Origin: Promethearchaeota archaeon
GTDB taxonomy: Archaea > Asgardarchaeota > Lokiarchaeia > Sigyniarchaeales > SOKP01
DNA length: 64,000 nt
Assembly: GCA_030603385.1 (NCBI GenBank)
Contig: JAUVXW010000003.1
Location: 1 to 64,000, forward strand
Direction: 5' to 3'
The notes below the pieces were generated by a model. That model did not search any database and was not told the DNA's origin. It saw only the letters and a program-made list of their open reading frames with translations. Each line of letters opens with the position of its first letter. Position 1 is the first letter of the stretch. The position numbers and the translations under genes are program-made. Shown piece by piece: positions 52,523 through 61,235 of the stretch.

Positions 52523-54421
52523 TTACTCCTCTAATTGCTCTATTTCTAAGAGAAAAAGATCTGCGATTGTAATCCATTTTTGTTTTGTTTCATCGTCTAT
52601 AGAGCTGTTCTCTGTTAATTCTTTTCCTTTTTTAAGATTTTCGAGGGCTAAGTCGAAATTTTTAAGCTCTTTATAACAGATCCCTAGTTTAATATAAGTT
52701 TGATGAATGTACCACTCTTTACTATCTAATTCAATAGCTTTTAAGAATTTTTGTGACCCTTCTTCATACTGTTCAAAATACATTAAAATTTCACCATACG
52801 TATCATGATACATTGCATTATCAGGAGCTTTTTCCACAAGATCTTGGATTATATTAAGCGATTCTTCTTTTTTATCTAAATATTGAAGCCAATAAGCTTT
52901 ATAATTAATAAGATCATTGTTTTGAGGATTTTTTTCAATCAATTCATTAATTATGTCTAAACCTGCTTTTACTTCTTGCATCCTTCTAAGAACAGACGCT
53001 TTTTTCATTTTAATATCAAGTTCACTTTCGGGAAATATTACTAACATCTCATTTAGTAAAGTCAATACGTCATCGAATTGATTATAATAAATTAAAATTC
53101 TTATCTTTGAATAGTATAAATCAAGATTCTCTGGATTTGATTCAATTTTTATATCAAGTTTTTTAATTTCTTCTTTATAATCATCTTGTAACTCTTCGAT
53201 ACTTCTTGATTGAAATATATCTATCATATCTTGCCAAATAATGCCTTCTAATTTATCATACGTCTCTTTAAATTCAACTTTTGCTTCAATTTTGTAAGCT
53301 AAATAGTTAATGTATTCTGGTAAAAAAATATGTAAGGGTTCTTTTAAACCAATAGAAAATAATATTTGACAAATATCTTCTAAGATATCATTTATGGTGC
53401 TACTTATATCAAATGATCTTGAAAACAACTTATTTAGATAGGTAAATTTGGTGATATGATCTTCTGTGATAGCTCTAAGCATTATTTCTAATCTTTCATC
53501 CTCCTGAAAGTAATAATGCATATCTGGTTCTACAATAATTTTAAAAAATTTAATGGGAAAAATTTGATTTTCAATAATTTCATCAATATAATAATCCACT
53601 TTAGATTCTTTTATTCCATAAGTATTCGAGAACTCCTCTACGGAAATATAATTAGGATATTGACTTGGGTGATTAATTGAGATAAAAAGTAGGATTTTGT
53701 CAAAATCTTCCTCATTTGTTAGCATTGCTTCAACTCTGGTATAATCCAATTTCAGCATATTGTTGAGTAACCTAAATTGTATGTCTTTATTTTCAATGTT
53801 ATATTTATTAAAAAATTTGATAGTTTTCACTGTAATCTCTTCAATTCTCTTACTTTCTTCCTCTAAAATTGATTGTTTATCTAAATCATATTCTTGTAAT
53901 ATTCTAGAATACTCTATTTTACCTGAGCGGGTAATTCTATATTTCTTTTCCTCTTTTTCTATAAACCCTTTATCGAGTAATAAGTTTATATTCTTAGACA
54001 GGGACGATTGATTGATAGAAAGAGGTTCTGCTAGGAAATCAGCCCATTTGCAAAAATTATTATTATAAACCATCCAAAGAATCCAATGATCGTAATTTCT
54101 TCTTCTTTTAATTATAGCAAGAGGATAACTTAGAGTTCTTTTTTTTTCTTTAGCTTGTGATAATTCAAGATATCTCTTTCTGCCTTCTGAAGTAATTTTA
54201 TAGTGCCCTCTTGAAATATTCTCAGCGAATCCTTTCCCCTTTAATAATGATAGATATTTTGAGAGAGTAGATAACCGAAGTTCAAGCGGTTTTTGAGTAA
54301 AATTAGACCACTCACATTCTTCATTATTATATAACATCCAAAGAATGATATGTTCAAAATTTTTTTTCTCCAGGGCTGGAGGATTATAAATCTCTTTAGG
54401 AGGTAAATTTATTCGACTCAT
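52523..54421 (-). CDS. Tandem winged-helix plus TPR protein (putative transcription regulator)
   Basis: Two wHTH repeats (ILWM.YNN..C.W......STLS/SSLS...G.....Y.IT..G) and C-terminal TPRs. Confidence 0.8.
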   Translation of the reverse strand: MSRINLPPKEIYNPPALEKKNFEHIILWMLYNNEECEWSNFTQKPLELRLSTLSKYLSLLKGKGFAENISRGHYKITSEGRKRYLELSQAKEKKRTLSYPLAIIKRRRNYDHWILWMVYNNNFCKWADFLAEPLSINQSSLSKNINLLLDKGFIEKEEKKYRITRSGKIEYSRILQEYDLDKQSILEEESKRIEEITVKTIKFFNKYNIENKDIQFRLLNNMLKLDYTRVEAMLTNEEDFDKILLFISINHPSQYPNYISVEEFSNTYGIKESKVDYYIDEIIENQIFPIKFFKIIVEPDMHYYFQEDERLEIMLRAITEDHITKFTYLNKLFSRSFDISSTINDILEDICQILFSIGLKEPLHIFLPEYINYLAYKIEAKVEFKETYDKLEGIIWQDMIDIFQSRSIEELQDDYKEEIKKLDIKIESNPENLDLYYSKIRILIYYNQFDDVLTLLNEMLVIFPESELDIKMKKASVLRRMQEVKAGLDIINELIEKNPQNNDLINYKAYWLQYLDKKEESLNIIQDLVEKAPDNAMYHDTYGEILMYFEQYEEGSQKFLKAIELDSKEWYIHQTYIKLGICYKELKNFDLALENLKKGKELTENSSIDDETKQKWITIADLFLLEIEQLEE

Positions 54422-54486
54422 GATATTTTCTTTAAAAGTCTTTATCTTTAGTTATATATAGTTTTTAATACTATATAAATTTCGCG

Positions 54487-54539
54487 AGCTTCCTTTAAAA
54501 TTCGAACTTCATTTGAAGTTCATGTAATAAAACTAAATA
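54487..54539. promoter_or_regulatory. Palindromic operator(s) plus BRE/TATA-like box
   Basis: GAACTTCA-TT-TGAAGTTC 54504-54521 with a degenerate copy at 54487-54502; AAACTAAATA begins 9 nt after AAGTT. Confidence 0.65.
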
Positions 54540-54594
54540 TAGGATACAAACTAAATTATAATTATAACAAAACTAAAAAAAAAGGTAAAAAAAA

Positions 54595-54663
54595 ATGAAA
54601 AAAAATGCCAAGAAAGGATTAATAAAAATAAATAATTACGCTTTTAGATATTTACTCAGATAA
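54595..54663 (+). CDS. Small peptide ORF, 22 aa (MKKNAKKGLIKINNYAFRYLLR)
   Basis: Manual translation; AAGGT upstream, downstream of operator/TATA, followed by T-tracts. Confidence 0.4.
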   Translation: MKKNAKKGLIKINNYAFRYLLR

Positions 54664-54888
54664 ATTTTTCTTTTTCTATTTTTTAATTATTATTATTTAT
54701 CGATTTTTAAACTATTTCTTTCTATTATAAAATCTGTTAAGACTTTATTTTGCTTAATGCAATTCTGCGGGATAACTACATAAATGGGATAAAAAATTTT
54801 TATTATTTCAAGCTAAAATTTTATATTACAAAAAATCTAATCTACTATTAAATAAATTAAGAATATATGATTCCCACAAATAGATTCA

Positions 54889-55428
54889 ATGACTGGTGCT
54901 CAAAAATTTCGATTTAAGATTTCTGTAATAGGCGATGGGCAAGTAGGTAAGACCTCTTTAATTAAAAAGTTCACAAAAGGTTCTTTTAAGAAAGATTATA
55001 TTAAAACTATAGGTGCCCAATTCTCTAAGTATGAAAAAGAAATAGATGGAGATGAGATTCGGTTGATATTCTGGGATATAGCCGGTCAGGATGATTTTCT
55101 TTTTCTACGGCCTTCATTTTATAAAGAAAGTGGGGCAGCAATTATTGTCTTTAGCCTTGAAGAAAATGAGTTAGGTAAACGGAGTTTTGAGCATATAAAT
55201 AATTGGTATGAGAATATTAAAAAATTCTGTGGGGAAATACCAATAATTCTATTTGCTAATAAAGTAGACCTAATTGAGGAAGATAATCTAGATAATTCTG
55301 AATTTCAAAAAATGATAACAAAACATAGTTTTCTAGGATATTACTTGACTTCAGCAAAAACAGGGCAAGGTGTTCATGACGCTTTTAATACTCTTATTAA
55401 TGAATTGTACTATAAATCCAAGACTTAA
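54889..55428 (+). CDS. Rab-like small GTPase
   Basis: GDGQVGKT, YIKTIG, WDIAGQ, NKVD, TSAK; no C-terminal prenylation Cys. Confidence 0.92.
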   Translation: MTGAQKFRFKISVIGDGQVGKTSLIKKFTKGSFKKDYIKTIGAQFSKYEKEIDGDEIRLIFWDIAGQDDFLFLRPSFYKESGAAIIVFSLEENELGKRSFEHINNWYENIKKFCGEIPIILFANKVDLIEEDNLDNSEFQKMITKHSFLGYYLTSAKTGQGVHDAFNTLINELYYKSKT

Positions 55429-55464
55429 CCATGAGTATTATAGGATTATAATATAGTACTATCT

Positions 55465-57987
55465 TTAAAATTCCGTTTCTAGTTGCTCAATCTCTGCTAA
55501 ATAGAGATTTACTATTGCTAGCCATTTTCTTTTTGTATCAAGATCACAAAAACATTTGTTTGTAAATTCTTGACCTTTACTAAGATAATCAATTGCTAAA
55601 TCATAATTTTCAAGTTCCTTATAACATATACCTAACTTTATATAAGTCTGGTTAATATACCACTCATCACTAGCTAATTCTATTGTTTTTAGGAATTCTT
55701 TTGTAGCTTTTTCATACTCCTCGAAGTTCATTAAAATTTCACCATATGTGTCATGGTATATTCCCAACTCGGGACTTTTTTTTATAATCTTCTCGATAGT
55801 TGTTAAAACCTTTTCTTTTTCATCTAAATATTGTAACCAATAAATTTTATTAAGTATGAGACTATTATCTTCGGGATATTTTTCGATTAAATCATTGATT
55901 ATCTCTAAACCTGCTTCAATATTTTTCATTTCTCTAAGAATATACGCTTTTTTAATCTTAAGATTCTTTTCCGCTTCAGGAAAATCAACTAGTAATTTGT
56001 CCAATATGGTTATTATTTCGTCGAACTGGTCAAAATAAATTAAAATCCTAATTTTAGAATTGTACCAATCTAGTGTTTTAGGATTTAATTTAATAGCATT
56101 ATCAATCGATTCTAGAGCATCTTCATAATTATTCAATTCTAGTAGGATTTGGCTTTTTAACTGATAATATCTTGCTTTATTGTTTTTATTTGATTCTAAA
56201 TTAATAGCTTTCTCGATATAACTTATTCCCATTTCTTTATCTGCTTTTTCTGCATCGAATGTATAAATCCTATTATAACCAAGTACTAGTCCCTTTAAAA
56301 CGAGAGAAAGAGGTAGTTTAGGATATATTTCTATTGCTTTATTTGTCATATTTAAAGCATTTTCAATATCTCCTAGAGTCATATATGAAAAAGCTAACAG
56401 AAAAAAATAAGGAGCATATATTTCATCTTCCTTATTAATAAGAGATAAATCTACTTTACTCCTTAAGAATTCTATTAATTCTTTATTCCGATTTAAATGA
56501 CAAAGAATAATTCCTTTAACAATAATGAGATCTAAATTCTTTATCTTCGATTTAGAATTAGCAAAAACTTTACCCAATTCTTCCAATCTTAAAGCTTTAT
56601 CATATTCTTTCGATTTTAAATAATCTTGGATCTTTAAATTTAATTCTTCTGGTTTAAACCAGAAAGCTAAGTATGGTTGTAGTACTTCTAATATTGAGGT
56701 ATCTAAATAATAATTCATTTCGCTTTCACCAATAAATTGATATTGAGAAGTTTTATAAATGTCTGATTGCAATATTTCAGGAATGTTCTGCCAAATAATT
56801 CCTTCTAATTTATCAGAAACACCAACTAACTTCTTTTCTTTCTCAATTTTATATGCTAAATAATTGATATATTCAGGTAAAAATTTTCTTAATGATTTTT
56901 TTAATCCTTCATCGAATACATTTTGGCAAGCTTCGTCCAAAATAGCATTTACAGTAGAACTCATATTTAGAGGGAGAATTAAATCTGAGGAGCCCTCAAA
57001 AAGCTTATTCAGGTAGGTAAACTTTGTAATATGTTCCTCTGTAATAATCCTAAGCATCATCTCTACTTTTTCATCTGATTGAAAATAATAAAATTTATCT
57101 GGGAGCACCTCTAATTTAAAAAATCTTATTGGAAAAATTTGGTTTTCCACTATTTCATCAATATAATAATCAAGAGTAGTTTTTTTAATTCCATATTTTT
57201 CAGAGAATTCTTCAGGAAACATATACTTGGGAAAATCATTTGGATGGTTAATCGAAAGAAGAAGTAATATTTTATGAAAATCCTCCTCATCCCTTAATAC
57301 CGGTTTAATTTTTTCATAGTCTAACCTCAAAACACTATTAAGGAATCGAAATTGAATATCTCTCTCACTGATTTCAAAACTTTCAAAAAAATTTAGTGTT
57401 TTTTGTGTTAGTTCGGTTATTCGTTTACTTTCTTCTTCTAATATCGACTGTCTGTCTAAATCATAATAAGTTAACATTTTAGAATACTCTGATTTACCCA
57501 ATCGAGTAATTCTATATTCTTTATTTTCCTTTATTACAAATGTTTTTTCCATTAATTTATTCATATTCTTTGATAAGGAGGATTGATTAATAGAGAGAGG
57601 TTCTTCAAGGAAATCTCCCCATTTGCAATAATTATTATTATAGACCATCCATAGGATAGTGTGATCATAGTTCCTTTTTGCAAGAATTACCTTTGGAGGA
57701 TAACTTAATTTCCTTCCCCCCTTCTTGGCTTGTCCTAATTCGTAGTATCTTTCTCTTCCTTTAGATGTAATACGATACTGATTGAATTCACTTTTCAAAA
57801 TATGCCCATTGCTTTTAAGTCTATTCAAATAAATAGAAAGTGTTGATCGATTCACTTTTTCTTTTAAATCTGACCAAGAGCATACTTCATTATTGCTTAA
57901 TATCCAAAGAATAATGTACTCATAATTGGGTTTGCCAATTAAAGGATTTAAAATCTCGTCAGGGGGGTAATTACAAGGTGTATCCAA
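55465..57987 (-). CDS. Tandem winged-helix plus TPR protein (paralogue of 52523..54421)
   Basis: Shares long near-identical blocks (ILWMVYNNN, PLSINQSSLSKN, QSILEEESKRI, YHDTYGEILM, QTYIKLGICYKEL); has extra TPRs. Confidence 0.82.
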   Translation of the reverse strand: MDTPCNYPPDEILNPLIGKPNYEYIILWILSNNEVCSWSDLKEKVNRSTLSIYLNRLKSNGHILKSEFNQYRITSKGRERYYELGQAKKGGRKLSYPPKVILAKRNYDHTILWMVYNNNYCKWGDFLEEPLSINQSSLSKNMNKLMEKTFVIKENKEYRITRLGKSEYSKMLTYYDLDRQSILEEESKRITELTQKTLNFFESFEISERDIQFRFLNSVLRLDYEKIKPVLRDEEDFHKILLLLSINHPNDFPKYMFPEEFSEKYGIKKTTLDYYIDEIVENQIFPIRFFKLEVLPDKFYYFQSDEKVEMMLRIITEEHITKFTYLNKLFEGSSDLILPLNMSSTVNAILDEACQNVFDEGLKKSLRKFLPEYINYLAYKIEKEKKLVGVSDKLEGIIWQNIPEILQSDIYKTSQYQFIGESEMNYYLDTSILEVLQPYLAFWFKPEELNLKIQDYLKSKEYDKALRLEELGKVFANSKSKIKNLDLIIVKGIILCHLNRNKELIEFLRSKVDLSLINKEDEIYAPYFFLLAFSYMTLGDIENALNMTNKAIEIYPKLPLSLVLKGLVLGYNRIYTFDAEKADKEMGISYIEKAINLESNKNNKARYYQLKSQILLELNNYEDALESIDNAIKLNPKTLDWYNSKIRILIYFDQFDEIITILDKLLVDFPEAEKNLKIKKAYILREMKNIEAGLEIINDLIEKYPEDNSLILNKIYWLQYLDEKEKVLTTIEKIIKKSPELGIYHDTYGEILMNFEEYEKATKEFLKTIELASDEWYINQTYIKLGICYKELENYDLAIDYLSKGQEFTNKCFCDLDTKRKWLAIVNLYLAEIEQLETEF

Positions 57988-58062
57988 ATTTCATTCATTT
58001 ACCAGTAGATTATATACTTATAATTAATATATAGAAGGGGTTTATTTATACTTTTTGATTAA

Positions 58063-58078
58063 AACTCTAATTAGAGTT
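58063..58078. promoter_or_regulatory. Perfect palindrome AACTC-TAATTA-GAGTT upstream of the wHTH-TPR gene
   Basis: On the minus strand it is followed after 8 nt by AAAGTATAAA (TATA-like). Confidence 0.6.
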
Positions 58079-58144
58079 AAAAAATTACGGATGAAAATGA
58101 ATGTAAATATGTGAGAAAAAAAATATTATCTAAAAAAGATCTAA

Positions 58145-58179
58145 GACTCCATTCAGAGTTTACGATACTAAACTATATA
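58145..58179 (+). promoter_or_regulatory. Operator plus BRE/TATA-like box of ORF 58231
   Basis: GACTC-CATTCA-GAGTT, 9 nt, AAACTATATA. Confidence 0.65.
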
Positions 58180-58230
58180 TTAAACCCTGCTCTAATTATT
58201 CTTAATAAAAAAACAAAAAAGTGAAAAAAA

Positions 58231-58431
58231 ATGACCCAAACTTATCAAAAAATAATAATAGTGAAAAGACCTGAAGTTCAAACACCAATAGAAAGTGAAA
58301 TGGATGAATTACTTGGAGATTTAAATCCAAGATATTTTGAGGAAACTATTCCTTTTAAAGAGGCGATTGAAAGGGTTTATACCTCAGATATTAATGTTGG
58401 TTCTAAATTCAATTTCTTTAGTGTGTTTTAG
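58231..58431 (+). CDS. Small hypothetical protein, 66 aa
   Basis: ORF track; conserved operator-promoter upstream. Confidence 0.65.
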   Translation: MTQTYQKIIIVKRPEVQTPIESEMDELLGDLNPRYFEETIPFKEAIERVYTSDINVGSKFNFFSVF

Positions 58432-58544
58432 AAATAATTAAATTTTTTTTTAATCTTATTTTCAGGTTGAATCTTATTTTCGCATATAAAAATTTTCTGT
58501 TTTTGAAATCCTTAAAAGCAAATTATTTTATCATTTATGCGACT

Positions 58545-58865
58545 ATGAAAAATTTTTCCTCTAAAACTCACTTAAGTAACTATCAATATGCCATAAAAAT
58601 TATTGAAGATTGTAAGGACTATTGGCTTCAAGATCAATTTCCGAATATTGATCAATTTCTATATGATTATGATTTAATAGATATCACTGGAAAAATCCAA
58701 GATTTTAAGTCTTATTATCAATTTAAGGATGCTCTGGATCATTTAACAAACTATAAATTCATCAGGATCTTAATAGATTCTAGAGCAGTTCCTCGAATTT
58801 ATAAGGGGAACAGAGATATTCCAAACAATTTTACTTATGAAGAATATTGGTCAAGAGATTTTTAA
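58545..58865 (+). CDS. Hypothetical protein, 106 aa
   Basis: ORF track (58467 TTG); ATG 58545 is the more plausible start. Confidence 0.55.
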   Translation: MKNFSSKTHLSNYQYAIKIIEDCKDYWLQDQFPNIDQFLYDYDLIDITGKIQDFKSYYQFKDALDHLTNYKFIRILIDSRAVPRIYKGNRDIPNNFTYEEYWSRDF

Positions 58866-59007
58866 AACCTGACGAGCTGAGTCTTTACGAATTTTTAAAC
58901 TATTCTAGTCATATGTTTTAAACTCTATAACTTCTTCTTAAGAATGAACTTATATTAAACAGAGACACATTTTAAGAAGAGATGAGGAGAGTCTAAAACA
59001 AGTCTTA

Positions 59008-59042
59008 AACTCCACTTGAACTTCGCAACGTTAAACTATAAA
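59008..59042 (+). promoter_or_regulatory. Operator plus BRE/TATA-like box of the small-ORF cluster
   Basis: AACTC-CACTTG-AACTT, 9 nt, AAACTATAAA; the downstream TTAAACCYTGCTCTAA is also shared with the 58145 promoter. Confidence 0.65.
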
Positions 59043-59096
59043 TTAAACCTTGCTCTAACTAAACTTATGAGAAAAAATATGAGTGTGAAAAATAAA

Positions 59097-59180
59097 ATGA
59101 AACAAGTCACAGTAAAGGAAGATTCCCTTATCGAACTTGAAGATCTATATATAATTCAGTTCCAAATTCGATATTTTTAG
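59097..59180 (+). CDS. Small peptide ORF, 27 aa (MKQVTVKEDSLIELEDLYIIQFQIRYF)
   Basis: Manual translation; N-terminus resembles that of ORF 59226; alternative in-frame ATG at 59067. Confidence 0.5.
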   Translation: MKQVTVKEDSLIELEDLYIIQFQIRYF

Positions 59181-59225
59181 GGTTTATTAATTTACAAAAA
59201 TATGAATTGAGGGGTGGTAGAATAA

Positions 59226-59480
59226 ATGGTTCAAGTATTAGTTAAGAGAAAGGAATTTGAGGAACCTTTTAAAATAGAAGATGTAATTATTTTAGAAGAG
59301 CTCCCTGCTATTGAGGAAGATTATACGATAGTGAGAGTAAAAGCAGAGGAGAAACCAGTTAAAAATGCTTTATCAAAATTATTGATGAAAGCTAAATATA
59401 ATGCTAAGTATTTAGAAGAGAAAATTCCTGTGGAAAAGGTCAGAAGAAATATTCACTACAGGAACTACGGAAATTTCTAA
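59226..59480 (+). CDS. Small hypothetical protein, 84 aa
   Basis: ORF track; strong SD-like GAGGGGTGG upstream. Confidence 0.7.
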   Translation: MVQVLVKRKEFEEPFKIEDVIILEELPAIEEDYTIVRVKAEEKPVKNALSKLLMKAKYNAKYLEEKIPVEKVRRNIHYRNYGNF

Positions 59481-59531
59481 AAAACAATCTATCATCATAA
59501 CGCTGATTTAATTCATCCGACAAGCCGAAGT

Positions 59532-59587
59532 AGTAAAATCAGGGAGAAGTAAAATCAGGGGGAGGGGGACCTTTTTTATCCCCCTCC
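59532..59587 (+). other. 13-nt direct repeat followed by a GC-rich 9-bp hairpin
   Basis: AGTAAAATCAGGG at 59532 and 59548; GGAGGGGGA 59561-59569 pairs with TCCCCCTCC 59579-59587. Confidence 0.6.
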
Positions 59588-59628
59588 ATTTGATATATAT
59601 TTAAATGATAAAGGGAGGGCGAAATAGA

Positions 59629-59721
59629 ATGAAAATTAAATATTTAGAGAGAATTGAAAGGATTAAGATAAAAAACGATTTAGAAGAGCATAAGGAGCTC
59701 ATTAATCGTATAATAAAATGA
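59629..59721 (+). CDS. Small peptide ORF, 30 aa (MKIKYLERIERIKIKNDLEEHKELINRIIK)
   Basis: Manual translation; SD GGGAGGG upstream. Confidence 0.5.
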   Translation: MKIKYLERIERIKIKNDLEEHKELINRIIK

Positions 59722-59776
59722 TTAATTTTTTCAAATTTTTCAAAATAAAAAAAAATTTAATAGAGGTTGTCAATAA

Positions 59777-59872
59777 ATGAAAGAACAAAAAAAGGATAAG
59801 TGGAAATATTCGATGGGAAGTTTTCTTTTAAATCCAGAAAAATATAAATTTGGATTAAAAGATCTTAAATAA
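59777..59872 (+). CDS. Small peptide ORF, 31 aa (MKEQKKDKWKYSMGSFLLNPEKYKFGLKDLK)
   Basis: Manual translation; SD GAGGT upstream, T-tract downstream. Confidence 0.5.
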   Translation: MKEQKKDKWKYSMGSFLLNPEKYKFGLKDLK

Positions 59873-60043
59873 AATTCAAACTTTTTTTTTTTATTTCAAA
59901 TTATTAGTACAATTTTCAATTTCGTACATTTTTCGATTACTTTTTAGCAGAAACAAAAATTTTATATTAAAAAATAACTGATCTTAGTTTGATTACATTT
60001 TTTTAAATAGAATATATACTTTTTTTATTTCTTCTAAGATTCT

Positions 60044-60601
60044 ATGAGTGATGAAGGTCGTAGGTTCCGATTTAAAATTTCCGTAATAGGTGATGGGCAG
60101 GTAGGTAAGACCTCTTTGATTAAAAAGTTCACTCAAGGATCATTTAAGAAGGATTATGTTAAGACAATAGGGGCACAATTCTCGGTGTACAATAAAGAAT
60201 TAGAAGGAGATAAAATCAGATTATTATTTTGGGATATTGCTGGGCAGGACACCTTCCACTTTTTACGTCCTTCTTTCTTTAAGAACAGCAAAGCTGCTAT
60301 TATTGTATATAGTCTTGAGGATAATAAACTTGGTAAAGAGAGTTTTAAGCATTTATTAGATTGGCACGAAGACATTATAAAACATTGTGGAGATATTCCG
60401 ATAGTTGTATTTGCAAATAAGGTTGATCTAGTAGACGAGGATAACTTAGACGATTCAGATATTAAAGAAATAGTTAAAGAACATAATTTTCTTGGGTATT
60501 ATATAACATCAGCAAAAACAGGGAAGGGTGTAATTACAGCATTTAATATGATAATTGATGAGTTATATAACAAGTTTAAAACATTATCTGTAGAGTTATA
60601 A
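60044..60601 (+). CDS. Rab-like small GTPase (paralogue of 54889..55428)
   Basis: GDGQVGKT, YVKTIG, WDIAGQ, NKVD, TSAK. Confidence 0.92.
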   Translation: MSDEGRRFRFKISVIGDGQVGKTSLIKKFTQGSFKKDYVKTIGAQFSVYNKELEGDKIRLLFWDIAGQDTFHFLRPSFFKNSKAAIIVYSLEDNKLGKESFKHLLDWHEDIIKHCGDIPIVVFANKVDLVDEDNLDDSDIKEIVKEHNFLGYYITSAKTGKGVITAFNMIIDELYNKFKTLSVEL

Positions 60602-60857
60602 GATTGAATTATCATTCAAAAGAAGATTTACTGAGCTTAGATAATTATTGATAATTCAAGATGCTTTTATTTTATTAGAGAGAAGTTTTATAATAAAAAA
60701 AATCTAATCTTACATCATATAAGATTTATTTAACTTATTATTCTAACCTCTATTAAAAATTCTATGATATTCAATTATCTCGAAATAAATTTTATTGAGT
60801 TTATTTTAATACTAATAAGCATTTTAGAATAATTATTGTTCAAAAAGATGAGAAACA

Positions 60858-61214
60858 ATGGAAGGAGAAGAAAAATATCAATGGGTAAAATGTAAAAATT
60901 GTGGATATTTACAGTATAAATCTCATTTAAGATGTTTAAAATGTAAAAATAGTAAATTTGAAAGGATAAACGCTTCAGGAACATGTAAACTTCTTACTTT
61001 TACTATCTTAAAAGCACCTCCTGCTGAATTTAGGAACAATCCTTCATATGCGCTAGGAGTTGTTGAATTTGAAAATGGAGTAAAAGCACTTGGGCAAATA
61101 TCAACACAAGATAATTTAAAAACTGGAATGGAATTAAAACCTATATACACTAAAATTTGCGATAATTTAGATGGAAAAGAAATATATAATTATGTATTCG
61201 AACCAAATTTATAA
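60858..61214 (+). CDS. DUF35 Zn-ribbon/OB-fold protein (thiolase partner)
   Basis: CKNCG...CLKC, PYALGVVEFENG. Confidence 0.88.
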   Translation: MEGEEKYQWVKCKNCGYLQYKSHLRCLKCKNSKFERINASGTCKLLTFTILKAPPAEFRNNPSYALGVVEFENGVKALGQISTQDNLKTGMELKPIYTKICDNLDGKEIYNYVFEPNL

Positions 61215-61235
61215 AATTTATGGAGAATAAAAATA

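Noticed and set aside
58868-58892. CTGACGAG...CGAA hammerhead-like string
   Set aside because: No GAAA and no convincing stems I-III.
729-61150. Numerous antisense or overlapping ORFs in the track (e.g. 729..962, 1483..1797, 14936..15427, 16651..17322, 36496..36684, 44666..45103, 60775..60984)
   Set aside because: They are mostly shadows of well-supported genes or AT-rich intergenic frames, with no recognisable motifs.
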